Virus record (IMG/VR): IMGVR_UViG_3300027708_001637
DNA from: a virus
Strand: one strand, 5' to 3'
Length of the DNA stretch: 64,000 bases
Shown here: in pieces, positions 54,674 to 64,000 of the stretch
Position numbering within the stretch: the stretch's first letter is position 1
How the letters are laid out: every line of letters begins with the position of its first letter
The notes under the pieces: generated by a model
Seen by the model: the letters and a program-made list of their open reading frames with translations, nothing else
What the model was told of the DNA's origin: nothing
Databases searched by the model: none
Made by a program: the position numbers and the translations under genes

Positions 54674-57600
54674 TTAGCTTAATTTTGATTGTAGAGCCGT
54701 AATCTGTAGTTGTTGCTGTTTAACTGCTTCAATTAAGAAACCAATTAACGGCAGATAACTAACGGTCTTGTAGTTGTTGGCATCATTACCCACTAGTTCT
54801 GGCAATATTTTTTCCAACTCTTGTGCAATCACACCGTAACTCCTTCGACCACTTTCTTTCCAATTAAATTTAACACCACGTAATTGCTGCAGAATTTCAA
54901 TTGGATTATCAATTATAGCAATGTTAGTCTTAACTGCCGCATCTGAGGTTGAGTTTAATTCAACTACAGTTAATTGTCCAGTGCTGGGATTGTATTTCAA
55001 CTTGGTGGTTGATACATTTATTGCAGATAATGTGCCTGAACTAGTCGTGCTGAATAGTGGAAAGTAATCACTGTTGGTAGTGGTATTATCACTAATTGTT
55101 GCACCCCCAGAAGTGCTGACCAATGTATTGTTTACATAAAGTCCACTATTATCAACACGGATACGTTCACAAGTACCAGCACCAATTAAAACTGTGCATA
55201 CACATCCTGCCGCAGCTGGTAATGAACCAATAATGGTGTTGTTTGATCCGTCAGAATATTGTCCAGCAAGGGTGCCAATTGCAATATTATTTGAACCAGT
55301 TGTATTACAATTAAGTGCATTACAACCAATGGCAATATTATGACAGCCAGTAGTATTAGCTATAAGAGAACATTGTCCAAGTGCGGTGTTATTATTACCA
55401 TATGAGTTACGACATAGTGAATTACATCCAATGGCAATATTACTTGATCCCGTAGTGTTATTAAACAGTGCATTACAACCAATAGCTGTATTGTGATTAC
55501 CGCTAGAATTGTTACCTAGTGCACTTAATCCAATAGCTAGATTACTGCATCCTGATGTATTTTTCCAAAGAGCAAAACAACCAATAGCAGTGTTATCATT
55601 ACCATACAAATTACTGCAAAGTGCAAACGGTCCGATTGCTACATTATTACTGCCTGTGGTATTACCAGCAAGAGTGTTGTATCCAATAGCAGTGTTATTT
55701 GAGCCAGTGGTATTTTTATATAGAGAGCAACAACCTACAGCTTTATTATTACTGCCTAAGGTATTGCAATTAAGTGCCCTGTATCCTTGAGCAGAGTTGT
55801 TGTTACCAATGGTATTTGCACATAACGAATACTGACCAATTGAAATATTATTGACACCAGATATATTAGATTTTAATGCAAAACACCCTATAGCAACGTT
55901 GTTGCAACCAGATGTATTGCTGCCAAGGGCGCAATAGCCTTGGGCAATGTTGCCACATCCAATAGTGTTATTTTGCAATGCACCAAAACCTAGTGCAATA
56001 TTATTACATCCAAATGTATTATAATATAGTGCAGTTGACCCAATTGCCACGTTATTACAGCCAGTGGTGTTAGCTTGAAGAGCATTATTACCAAAGGCAA
56101 TATTATTAGCACCGTAAGTATTAGTTAAAAGGGCACTGATGCCAATAGCAATATTATTAGAAGCATTATTATTTTTGAGAGAATTTAATCCAATGGCTGT
56201 GTTATTAATTCCGGTAATATTAGATTGCAATGAACTAATACCAACAGCAAAGTTATGACATCCGCCAGTAATAGCAAACATTGAACAACAACCAATGGCA
56301 ATGTTACCGCACGAACTGGAGCTGGCATTGGTGCCACCGCCACCTATATACACGCTACATTGGGCGTTTAAACTAACTACACCTTGTGCTCCTTGAACGC
56401 CTTGTGTTCCAGTCCCAGCTGCTCCCTGAACTCCCTGGAATCCTTGTAGTCCCTGTGCTCCTTGAGCACCCGCTTGTCCCTGACTTCCTTGAACGCCCTG
56501 GAATCCTTGTAGTCCCTGTGCTCCTTGAACACCTTGTGAGCCAGTACCAGACGAACCTTGAACGCCTTGGAATCCTTGTGTTCCTTGTGCTCCTTGCACA
56601 CCTTGTGAGCCAGTACCAGGCGAACCTTGAACGCCTTGGAATCCTTGTGTTCCTTGTGCTCCTTGCACACCTTGTGAGCCAGTACCAGGCGAACCTTGAA
56701 CTCCCTGAAGACCTTGGTTTCCTTGAACTCCCTGGAATCCTTGTAGTCCCTGTGCTCCTTGAGCACCCACTTGTCCCTGACTTCCTTGAGCCCCAACTGA
56801 TCCTTGGGCGCCAGATCCAACTAATACATTGTTTACATACAGGCCGCTGTTATCAACACGAATGCGTTCACAAGTGCCAGCACCAATCAACACTGTGCAC
56901 ACGCAGGCAGCGGCAGCATTTAAAGAACCAATAATGGTATTATTGGCACCAGTTGTTATAGCATAACCAGCATTGCTGCCAATAGCTATATTATTGGCGC
57001 CGGTAGTGTTACCATACAGTGCTCTACTTCCAAAAGATATATTATTACTTCCGATAGTATTACAACGTTGTGCACATTGTCCGATGGAAATATTATCAGA
57101 ACCAACAGAGTTATTAACAAGAGAGTAGTTACCAAAAGCTGTATTATTATTACCCGCAGTGTTATTACCAAGTGCATTACATCCAATAGCTGTGTTATGA
57201 CACCCGGTGCGATTGGAATTTAAAGAAGCACATCCAATTGCAATATTATGTGAACCGTAGGTGTTTGACTGGAGTGCAAAACAGCCAATTGCAAAATTTG
57301 ATTTACCAGTGGTATTACTGTTCAAAGCAAGATTACCGATGGCCACATTTGAGCTGCCAGTGGTGTTTGCAGACAACGCATTATTTCCAATAGCTGTATT
57401 ATCTGAACCAATGGTGTTTGCAGACAACGCACTACTTCCAAAAGCTGTATTATTATTACCGTAGGTGTTTGCAGCTAATGCGTATTGTCCAATGGCAATA
57501 TTAGCACATCCAGTAGTGTTAAATCTTAATGCACAAATGCCGATGGCTGTATTACTATTGCCAGTGGTATTTGAGCCAAGTGCACTACATCCAACGGCTG

Positions 57601-60600
57601 TGTTATTATTGCCATAGGTGTTGGAATAAAGAGTGCCGTATCCAATGGCTGTATTACTATTGCCAGTAGTGTTAAGACGTAGTGCGCTGCATCCAATGGC
57701 TGTATTAAAACAACCACTGGTATTTGAGCCAAGTGCGCCGCAGCCAACAGCAGTATTATGGTTACCGTAAGTATTGGTCCTTAGGGAACCAAACCCAATA
57801 GCGGTGTTACTAATACCGGTAGTGTTTGCACTTAATGAAAAACAACCAAAAGCTGTGTTATTGCAACCAGTAGTGTTAGAACATAATGATTTATAACCTT
57901 TGGCATTGTTGTTATTTCCATAGGTATTGCATTTAAGTGCATTATATCCTTGTGCATTATTGTTATTACCAATTGTGTTATTTTTTAGAGCCATTACGCC
58001 TATAGCAACGTTGGCGCAGCCACTAGTATTGCAGTTAAGTGCATTATTACCAACACCAACATTATTGCAGCCACTAGTGTTTGACTGCAAAGCATTTGCC
58101 CCAGCTGCAAAGTTATCGGTACCTCCTGTAGTACCGTAAAGTGCACTGGCGCCAAAAGCTATATTATTAGAACCACCAGATTTAAGTGCATAACTGCCAA
58201 TTGCAATATTATTAAAACCTGTAGTGTTACCACATAATGCGTTAGGACCAGCAGCAAAGTTGTTAGTGCCAATGGTGTTGTTGTAGAGTGCACCAGAACC
58301 CAATGCAATGTTGCCACATCCGGTGGTGTTTGAACACATGGCAAAGCAACCAATTGCAATGTTATTTGAACCAGTAGTGTTTTTAGTTAGAGAACTACAC
58401 CCAATTGCAACGTTATTACATCCAGAAGTGTTTGCACATAGAGCAAATGGTCCAATAGCAACGTTAGTACAACCAGTAGTGTTGTTTCTTAAAGCATTGT
58501 AACCTTGGGCAAAGTTATAGCTACCAATGGTGTTGGCGGCCAATGCAGCACACCCCGATGCAAAGTTGCCTACACCAATTGTATTTCCGCATAGTGCAGC
58601 GTAGCCAACCGCGTCGTTATTACTTCCAGTAGTGTTAGAAAACAATGCCAAACAACCAATAGCAATGTTATTTGATCCAGTGCTAGTTGTATTACCAGCA
58701 CAACAACCAATACTTGTATTTCCATTACCTGTAGTATAACCAAATACCGTACCTAATGTTGTTGGAGTCGCCGCACTCACACCACTGGTATTAACTAATG
58801 TGTTGTTTACATACAGGCCGTTGTTATCAACACGAATGCGTTCACAAGTGCCAGCACCTAATAACAATGTACAAACACAACCAGCAGCAGCTGGTAGTGA
58901 ACCAATGATGGTATTATTGTAACCAGTAGTGATCAAACATCCTGAACAAATACCAATAGCAATATTACCGCTACCAGTGGTATTACTGTTTAAAGCCTTA
59001 TACCCCTGAGCTATGTTATTACACCCAGTTGTATTATTAATTAGTGCATATACCCCGTCAGCAGTGTTGTAACATCCAGTGGAATTGTTATAAAGTGCGC
59101 ATAGACCAATAGCAGTATTACCAATACCAGTAGTATTACAATAAAGTGCAGAAGTACCAATAGCAACGTTGCAACTACCAGTGCTATTGTTATAAAGTGC
59201 AGTTGATCCTAGCGCGACATTATAAGTTCCTAGGGTATTTGATCTAAGTGCATAATTGCCAATCGCAGTATTATTACCAGTGGTGTTGCAATAGAGTGTC
59301 TGGGCACCTATGGCTACGTTATTGTTGCCAGAAATGTTAGCAAATAAAGAATTAACACCTAAACTAACGTTATAACAACCAGTATTATTATAATAAGAAG
59401 CGGTATAACCTATTGCTACATTATAAAGACCGTATGAATTACAATAAAGTGCGCTTTGACCAATTGCAGTATTGGCACATCCAGTGGTATTACTAGTAAG
59501 TGCGTTGGCACCAATAGCGGTGTTAAAATTACCAGTGGTGTTATTTCTAAGTGTACTTGCACCAATGGCCGTGTTGTAATTGGTGGTGTTGCAATATAAT
59601 GCTTGATATCCAATGGCAACGTTATTACAACCGGTATTATTATAAAATAAAGTATACTGTCCTATACCAACGTTATATGCGCCATATAAATTTCTGTTTA
59701 GTGCACATAGGCCAATGGCGGTATTACACGAGCCAGTGGTGTTGCAGAGTAGTGAATTGAATCCAATAGCGACGTTATTATTGCCGTAGGTGTTGCCGCA
59801 GAGTGCATTGTTTCCAATAGCCGTGTTATATGCACCAGTGTTGTTATTTTTAAGTGAACTAATGCCAATAGCTGTGTTATTGTTACCAGTAGTATTATTT
59901 TGTAGTGAATTAATACCAATGGCAAAGTTATTGCAACCGCTGGTAACAGCAAACATTGAACAGCAACCAATGGCAATATTACTTAAAGAACTAGTGTTAG
60001 CACTAGTGCCGCCTCCACCTATATACACGCTGCATTGAGCGTTTAAACTAACTACCCCTTGACTTCCTTGAGCACCGACTCCTGGCGCACCTTGAACTCC
60101 TTGGCTACCTTGAGCGCCCACTTGTCCCTGTGTTCCTTGAACGCCTTGAAGTCCTTGGTTACCTTGAACACCTTGAAGTCCTTGGTTACCTTGAACACCT
60201 TGAAGTCCTTGGTTACCTTGAACACCTTGTAGTCCTTGTGCTCCTTGAACGCCTTGTGTACCAGTACCAGACGAACCTTGAACGCCTTGAAGTCCTTGGT
60301 TACCTTGAACGCCTTGAAGTCCTTGTGCTCCTTGAGCGCCTGCTTGTCCTTGTGCTCCTTGAGCGCCAGTACTTCCCTGGGGTCCAGTACCAGGTGCTTG
60401 GTATTGTAGTGTGTTGGGTGTTGAACTCATTGCCAACACCCAACTTGCTGTAGTAGCATTTACAGTTGGAAACGTTAATGAAGCGGGGTGATTTAAAGCA
60501 GTTCCGCTTCCCAATGTTAGAGTTGAGGTACTTGCTGGTTGAGTAATAATTACATTATTAAATGTTGTAGCAGTCACAGTACCGTTGACAAATATCCCGC

Positions 60601-60790
60601 CATTGACACTTAATTTGGCGCCGCTTTGAGCACTGGTGTATCCAAGGTCAAGATTACCGCTGGTATCTAATCTAAAATATTCAGTATTATTGGCACTAAA
60701 TGTGATAGGCAAACTGATGACATTAAACGTGCCAGTAGTGATTGCTCCAGCAGAGTTTTCTATAAACGTTAAATTACTAGCAATTGACAT
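54674..60790 (-). CDS. tail fibre 2: Gln-rich collagen-like segments, YadA-like repeats, S74 chaperone
   Basis: (GxQ)n blocks, NxAIGxxAL repeats, SDAAVKTNI...GVIAQEL. Confidence 0.85.
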   Translation of the reverse strand: MSIASNLTFIENSAGAITTGTFNVISLPITFSANNTEYFRLDTSGNLDLGYTSAQSGAKLSVNGGIFVNGTVTATTFNNVIITQPASTSTLTLGSGTALNHPASLTFPTVNATTASWVLAMSSTPNTLQYQAPGTGPQGSTGAQGAQGQAGAQGAQGLQGVQGNQGLQGVQGSSGTGTQGVQGAQGLQGVQGNQGLQGVQGNQGLQGVQGNQGLQGVQGTQGQVGAQGSQGVQGAPGVGAQGSQGVVSLNAQCSVYIGGGGTSANTSSLSNIAIGCCSMFAVTSGCNNFAIGINSLQNNTTGNNNTAIGISSLKNNNTGAYNTAIGNNALCGNTYGNNNVAIGFNSLLCNTTGSCNTAIGLCALNRNLYGAYNVGIGQYTLFYNNTGCNNVAIGYQALYCNTTNYNTAIGASTLRNNTTGNFNTAIGANALTSNTTGCANTAIGQSALYCNSYGLYNVAIGYTASYYNNTGCYNVSLGVNSLFANISGNNNVAIGAQTLYCNTTGNNTAIGNYALRSNTLGTYNVALGSTALYNNSTGSCNVAIGTSALYCNTTGIGNTAIGLCALYNNSTGCYNTADGVYALINNTTGCNNIAQGYKALNSNTTGSGNIAIGICSGCLITTGYNNTIIGSLPAAAGCVCTLLLGAGTCERIRVDNNGLYVNNTLVNTSGVSAATPTTLGTVFGYTTGNGNTSIGCCAGNTTSTGSNNIAIGCLALFSNTTGSNNDAVGYAALCGNTIGVGNFASGCAALAANTIGSYNFAQGYNALRNNTTGCTNVAIGPFALCANTSGCNNVAIGCSSLTKNTTGSNNIAIGCFAMCSNTTGCGNIALGSGALYNNTIGTNNFAAGPNALCGNTTGFNNIAIGSYALKSGGSNNIAFGASALYGTTGGTDNFAAGANALQSNTSGCNNVGVGNNALNCNTSGCANVAIGVMALKNNTIGNNNNAQGYNALKCNTYGNNNNAKGYKSLCSNTTGCNNTAFGCFSLSANTTGISNTAIGFGSLRTNTYGNHNTAVGCGALGSNTSGCFNTAIGCSALRLNTTGNSNTAIGYGTLYSNTYGNNNTAVGCSALGSNTTGNSNTAIGICALRFNTTGCANIAIGQYALAANTYGNNNTAFGSSALSANTIGSDNTAIGNNALSANTTGSSNVAIGNLALNSNTTGKSNFAIGCFALQSNTYGSHNIAIGCASLNSNRTGCHNTAIGCNALGNNTAGNNNTAFGNYSLVNNSVGSDNISIGQCAQRCNTIGSNNISFGSRALYGNTTGANNIAIGSNAGYAITTGANNTIIGSLNAAAACVCTVLIGAGTCERIRVDNSGLYVNNVLVGSGAQGSVGAQGSQGQVGAQGAQGLQGFQGVQGNQGLQGVQGSPGTGSQGVQGAQGTQGFQGVQGSPGTGSQGVQGAQGTQGFQGVQGSSGTGSQGVQGAQGLQGFQGVQGSQGQAGAQGAQGLQGFQGVQGAAGTGTQGVQGAQGVVSLNAQCSVYIGGGGTNASSSSCGNIAIGCCSMFAITGGCHNFAVGISSLQSNITGINNTAIGLNSLKNNNASNNIAIGISALLTNTYGANNIAFGNNALQANTTGCNNVAIGSTALYYNTFGCNNIALGFGALQNNTIGCGNIAQGYCALGSNTSGCNNVAIGCFALKSNISGVNNISIGQYSLCANTIGNNNSAQGYRALNCNTLGSNNKAVGCCSLYKNTTGSNNTAIGYNTLAGNTTGSNNVAIGPFALCSNLYGNDNTAIGCFALWKNTSGCSNLAIGLSALGNNSSGNHNTAIGCNALFNNTTGSSNIAIGCNSLCRNSYGNNNTALGQCSLIANTTGCHNIAIGCNALNCNTTGSNNIAIGTLAGQYSDGSNNTIIGSLPAAAGCVCTVLIGAGTCERIRVDNSGLYVNNTLVSTSGGATISDNTTTNSDYFPLFSTTSSGTLSAINVSTTKLKYNPSTGQLTVVELNSTSDAAVKTNIAIIDNPIEILQQLRGVKFNWKESGRRSYGVIAQELEKILPELVGNDANNYKTVSYLPLIGFLIEAVKQQQLQITALQSKLS
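56381..56815 (-). repeat. collagen-like (GxQ)n coding repeat with about 3 copies of a 69-bp unit
   Basis: unit GFQGVQGSPGTGSQGVQGAQGTQ; identical phase at 56571 and 56640. Confidence 0.9.
60055..60385 (-). repeat. collagen-like (GxQ)n coding repeat with 27-bp tandem units
   Basis: CCTTGAAGTCCTTGGTTACCTTGAACA at 60144, 60171, 60198. Confidence 0.9.
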
Positions 60791-60826
60791 CAGTGCATCC
60801 TAAACAGTAGTGTATTTATTATAAAA

Positions 60827-63800
60827 TTAAGCCTGTGCTTCTCCCCAACGTAGAACTAAGTTTGTTTGTAAACTTGGTCCAGATGTTAGGTATACATTGA
60901 TAAACAATGTGTCGGGCCCATTTGGATAACAACCTCTACCACCTAAGGGAGTATTTGTAAGTTCTTTTAATGCTGACAAGTCCAAAGAATCTTTGTTGGC
61001 AGGACTGGAAATAAACGAGAAAATAGTTTCTCCAGGAACTGCCCAAGAATTTCTATAACCCGTAATTCTTGTTCCACTAGTAACGAGACTTAAAATTGGT
61101 TGTGTTAAAGTAATAGTACCAGCACCAATACTTTGAATTAAACTGTTTCCAGCAACACCTGCACCTGCTGCGGATATAGTAACAACAGCATCGCCAATGG
61201 CCATACTGGCAGTACTATTAACTTGCAATACATAGGTTCCTGTCGAAGCATCGCTACTCAATTGTGTGCTATAACTAGCAGCACCATCAAAATTGATAGA
61301 GCTTGATGGAGCAATTTGAGTAAAACTTGGTTGTCCAGAACCTAATATATTACCACCTTGCACTGAACCATTCAAACTGTACCAAGTAATATTGGTAACT
61401 GTATTTGGAAAATTACTTGGGTTAATTACACCTTCAATTACAATCGCTTGGTTAGCCGATGCTGCACCAGCAGTGTTTTCAATTGATTGTAACAACAATT
61501 GAGAACGGTTAATCAAGTCCCTAACTCCTAAATCACCTACTGTAGCATTACTAACACTGGGTGCTAAACGAATAGCAAACGCTGTAGTTTTTTTAGTAGA
61601 CACAGTAATGTTTGGTGCTTGATAACTGAAAATGTAGCCACGATCTTGATCAAATCCGCCATCTGTTAGGAATGCACTTCCCCAATGACTAATAGTTGGA
61701 GTAGCAGTTTGGCTTGCTAATATAACTCCAGTACCAGCTGTATGAGTAGCAGCAGATCCAGCGGTATAATTTTGTACTGCGCCAATTACCCAAGGGGTTA
61801 ATGCACTGGCACGGGTCAATCCGTTAAGTGTATTTGTGGCGGTAGTCTTACTAGTATAACTAATCAATTCATTATCAACATATACAGTACCAGTGCTAGG
61901 AAAAAATGCAACATTGGTCAATGTCATCGCAGTAGTACCAACTGCATCCATTGCTACCGCTAAAGAATCCTTGGCGCCTTCATTGATAACTTCGTATCTT
62001 ACAGGTTGGTTTCCTGAACGCATATATGCTTCTGTATTAATGTTACTGTTTTTCATACGGTGCACAGTAATGTATTTGCCCTCTGGGCCGCGCAACATCC
62101 AATCAATAAATCCTGCTCCATACCAAGTCCATTGTAAACCAATCATCTGCAATTTCCAAGGTAATAAATTGTATCCACTAGGATTATAAACACCCCCAGT
62201 CCCGTCGCAACGATCAACGTTCCACTGACTTTGTGGAACTATAATATCTTGAGTACGAACCATTTTAGCGCCGTTTGTTGATGTACTCCCGCGGTAGTCA
62301 GGATTAACAGTCATATAAGTTGCACTGGTAATTGATGTTACTACGTGACTCATACCTTTGATAACAACACGATCGCCTGCATATAGTTGATTTTGAAATT
62401 GTGTGTAGTTTCCAACAATTAAATTAATATCGGGCGTGACTGATACAGTACCTGCTGTTTGAAATGTACTAGATCTTTGACCAATTGCCATTTGTATCCC
62501 ATCATATTGCCAATACATTCCATTTTGATCATCATACGTACCAGCACGAATAGTAGCACCGTGCCAACTTGTATGGTATATATAGCAGCCTACCCCAAAT
62601 GCTCCATTGGTGGAACCCAAAGTTGTCGATGCCGTTACTGTAAAAGTACGTTCATCAGTTATTGATACCACTGTATATACCCCATTATATCCAGCGGTAG
62701 TAACACCTGCAACCCCCATTACTGCGCCAGCTTGTAATCCGTGATCCAAGTCGTCTGTAACTATAGTAATAGTACTTCCTGGCGTTGTACCTGATGCAGT
62801 TATACTGCGAATATTGTAATTTGGAGCAAAAAGAGCCGCAGTATTATAGTTAATAGCCTTACCAGATTGATAACGTATGTATTTTTTACTCATACGAACT
62901 GCTTGCGATGAATAGTTTGGTCCGCCTGCTCCCAAACTTACACCACCGTCAAATGGCCTATGTTGATAAAAAGCATCTGATCTACCATATATTACACCAG
63001 TTACTGTTCCCGTAATGGTGCCAGTGTTTCTAGCAAGATATGTCAATGTTGTCAGCGATGGAACTGATTGAATATAAAACGGACCTTGACATAAGATGTT
63101 GTTATTTGTCCCGCTATCGCTAGTAATTGCTGCGTAAATACTTTGTCCAGGAACTAAGCCGTGATTTTGAGCAAATGTAACTGTCACTGTTCCAGTAGTG
63201 GTAGCACCGCTGCCAGATACAGAAAAGGTAGTTGTGCCAATAGCAGCACCAGTATAAAATCCTCCCCTACGAACAATAGTATAGCTAGTGGATATATTTG
63301 TATTAGTCGTTGTGCCAACTTGTGCTCTAGCATAATAATTAAATGACATAGAAGATGGTACTGCGTTAACAACAAATGAACCTTGCGCTCGAGCCGCACC
63401 AGTTACTGTTGTATCTAAATTTTGTACAGTAATAGCAGTGCCTGTTGAAAAATTATGTGGATTTTGTGTAGTGACTGTGATTAAACTTTCTACCTTTGTG
63501 TTTAAGCCGCCACCACTGGCATCAGTAATCATGGATGTTACATTCAAATCAGTTCCAGGTATTTCATAAATGCCAGGATACCCACGGGCAGTACTGATAG
63601 TTTGCCATTTGGTAGGCTGTAATCCATATTCAAAGTCAGCATCAAGCATACTTTGCGGAGTAGATGTGCGGGTACGCTCAAAAGCATCTGTCCCCATTTC
63701 CCAAGGGCGGGTAACAACAGCACCGTCACCCCGCTCAGTGAATACTTGCAAGATATCAGAACTTGTCATTCCGGTAGTATTATACCCCAAAGTAATAGTG

Positions 63801-64000
63801 GTCACGCCATCAGTATTTTGCAAAGCCTGCGGAAATTGTGTTGTATTTGCTCGATTGAAACTCACGGTGGTACCCACATAGCTCAAATCAGCAAAATTAT
63901 AAATTATTGTGTTGCGTGTGACATTGGTAATGATCAATATTTGACTTAAATCATAAAATCCAGGAATTTGTACCGTTCCAGCACCTGCTGCGCCAGGCGT
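60827..64000 (-). CDS. large virion structural protein (partial, 5' end outside window)
   Basis: frame open to 64000; Thr/Gly-rich with repeated xxxHGLxxG beta modules. Confidence 0.75.
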   Translation of the reverse strand, partial: TPGAAGAGTVQIPGFYDLSQILIITNVTRNTIIYNFADLSYVGTTVSFNRANTTQFPQALQNTDGVTTITLGYNTTGMTSSDILQVFTERGDGAVVTRPWEMGTDAFERTRTSTPQSMLDADFEYGLQPTKWQTISTARGYPGIYEIPGTDLNVTSMITDASGGGLNTKVESLITVTTQNPHNFSTGTAITVQNLDTTVTGAARAQGSFVVNAVPSSMSFNYYARAQVGTTTNTNISTSYTIVRRGGFYTGAAIGTTTFSVSGSGATTTGTVTVTFAQNHGLVPGQSIYAAITSDSGTNNNILCQGPFYIQSVPSLTTLTYLARNTGTITGTVTGVIYGRSDAFYQHRPFDGGVSLGAGGPNYSSQAVRMSKKYIRYQSGKAINYNTAALFAPNYNIRSITASGTTPGSTITIVTDDLDHGLQAGAVMGVAGVTTAGYNGVYTVVSITDERTFTVTASTTLGSTNGAFGVGCYIYHTSWHGATIRAGTYDDQNGMYWQYDGIQMAIGQRSSTFQTAGTVSVTPDINLIVGNYTQFQNQLYAGDRVVIKGMSHVVTSITSATYMTVNPDYRGSTSTNGAKMVRTQDIIVPQSQWNVDRCDGTGGVYNPSGYNLLPWKLQMIGLQWTWYGAGFIDWMLRGPEGKYITVHRMKNSNINTEAYMRSGNQPVRYEVINEGAKDSLAVAMDAVGTTAMTLTNVAFFPSTGTVYVDNELISYTSKTTATNTLNGLTRASALTPWVIGAVQNYTAGSAATHTAGTGVILASQTATPTISHWGSAFLTDGGFDQDRGYIFSYQAPNITVSTKKTTAFAIRLAPSVSNATVGDLGVRDLINRSQLLLQSIENTAGAASANQAIVIEGVINPSNFPNTVTNITWYSLNGSVQGGNILGSGQPSFTQIAPSSSINFDGAASYSTQLSSDASTGTYVLQVNSTASMAIGDAVVTISAAGAGVAGNSLIQSIGAGTITLTQPILSLVTSGTRITGYRNSWAVPGETIFSFISSPANKDSLDLSALKELTNTPLGGRGCYPNGPDTLFINVYLTSGPSLQTNLVLRWGEAQA

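Noticed and set aside
48027-60790. Diversity-generating retroelement acting on Asn-rich fibre repeats
   Set aside because: No reverse transcriptase in the window, and the near-identical repeat pairs inspected differ at mixed bases rather than only at adenines.
48027-60790. Stop-codon reassignment explaining Cys richness
   Set aside because: The Cys residues are encoded by TGT/TGC, and genes translate full length with dense packing under the standard code.
560-63949. Numerous short opposite-strand or alternate-frame ORFs in the track (e.g. 1062-1310, 17930-18475, 21838-22377, 56386-56934)
   Set aside because: They are shadows of well-supported genes, lack SD/promoter context, and often reflect repeat periodicity.

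Overview
A 64 kb segment of a large lytic T4-like myovirus (Caudoviricetes) genome, probably infecting a Gram-negative host. 1-4.0 kb is a GC-richer + strand array of small early genes, almost each behind its own consensus sigma70 promoter (TTGACA-17-TATAAT) and a repeated ACACACTAAGGAGC leader. A structured non-coding boundary follows at about 4.0-4.4 kb. The remainder is mostly - strand and AT-rich. It carries replication and recombination genes (gp41 helicase, primase, UvsW, UvsY, UvsX/RecA, gp32), a 192-aa mini DnaE fragment, nucleotide-sugar genes (rfbB, hldE-type kinase and adenylyltransferase, hldD, cupin), and packaging and tail genes (terminase, gp4, tube, sheath, gp13/14/15). Next is a 10-gene modification cluster: APS-kinase/HxGH fusion, two sulfotransferases, carbamoyltransferase, GT9, GT2-methyltransferase, GT-A and GT4. 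This cluster sits directly beside two giant Cys/Asn/Thr-rich YadA-like repeat tail fibres with S74 chaperone domains. The most interesting candidates are (i) a phage-encoded system that may build a heptosylated, sulfated, carbamoylated and methylated glycan on the tail fibres, (ii) the miniature split C-family polymerase, (iii) a palindrome-bearing early promoter cassette array, (iv) a two-state RNA structure in a tail-fibre leader, and (v) systematic leaderless late mRNAs and non-AUG starts. All functional calls are from motif recognition by eye; no database searches were run.
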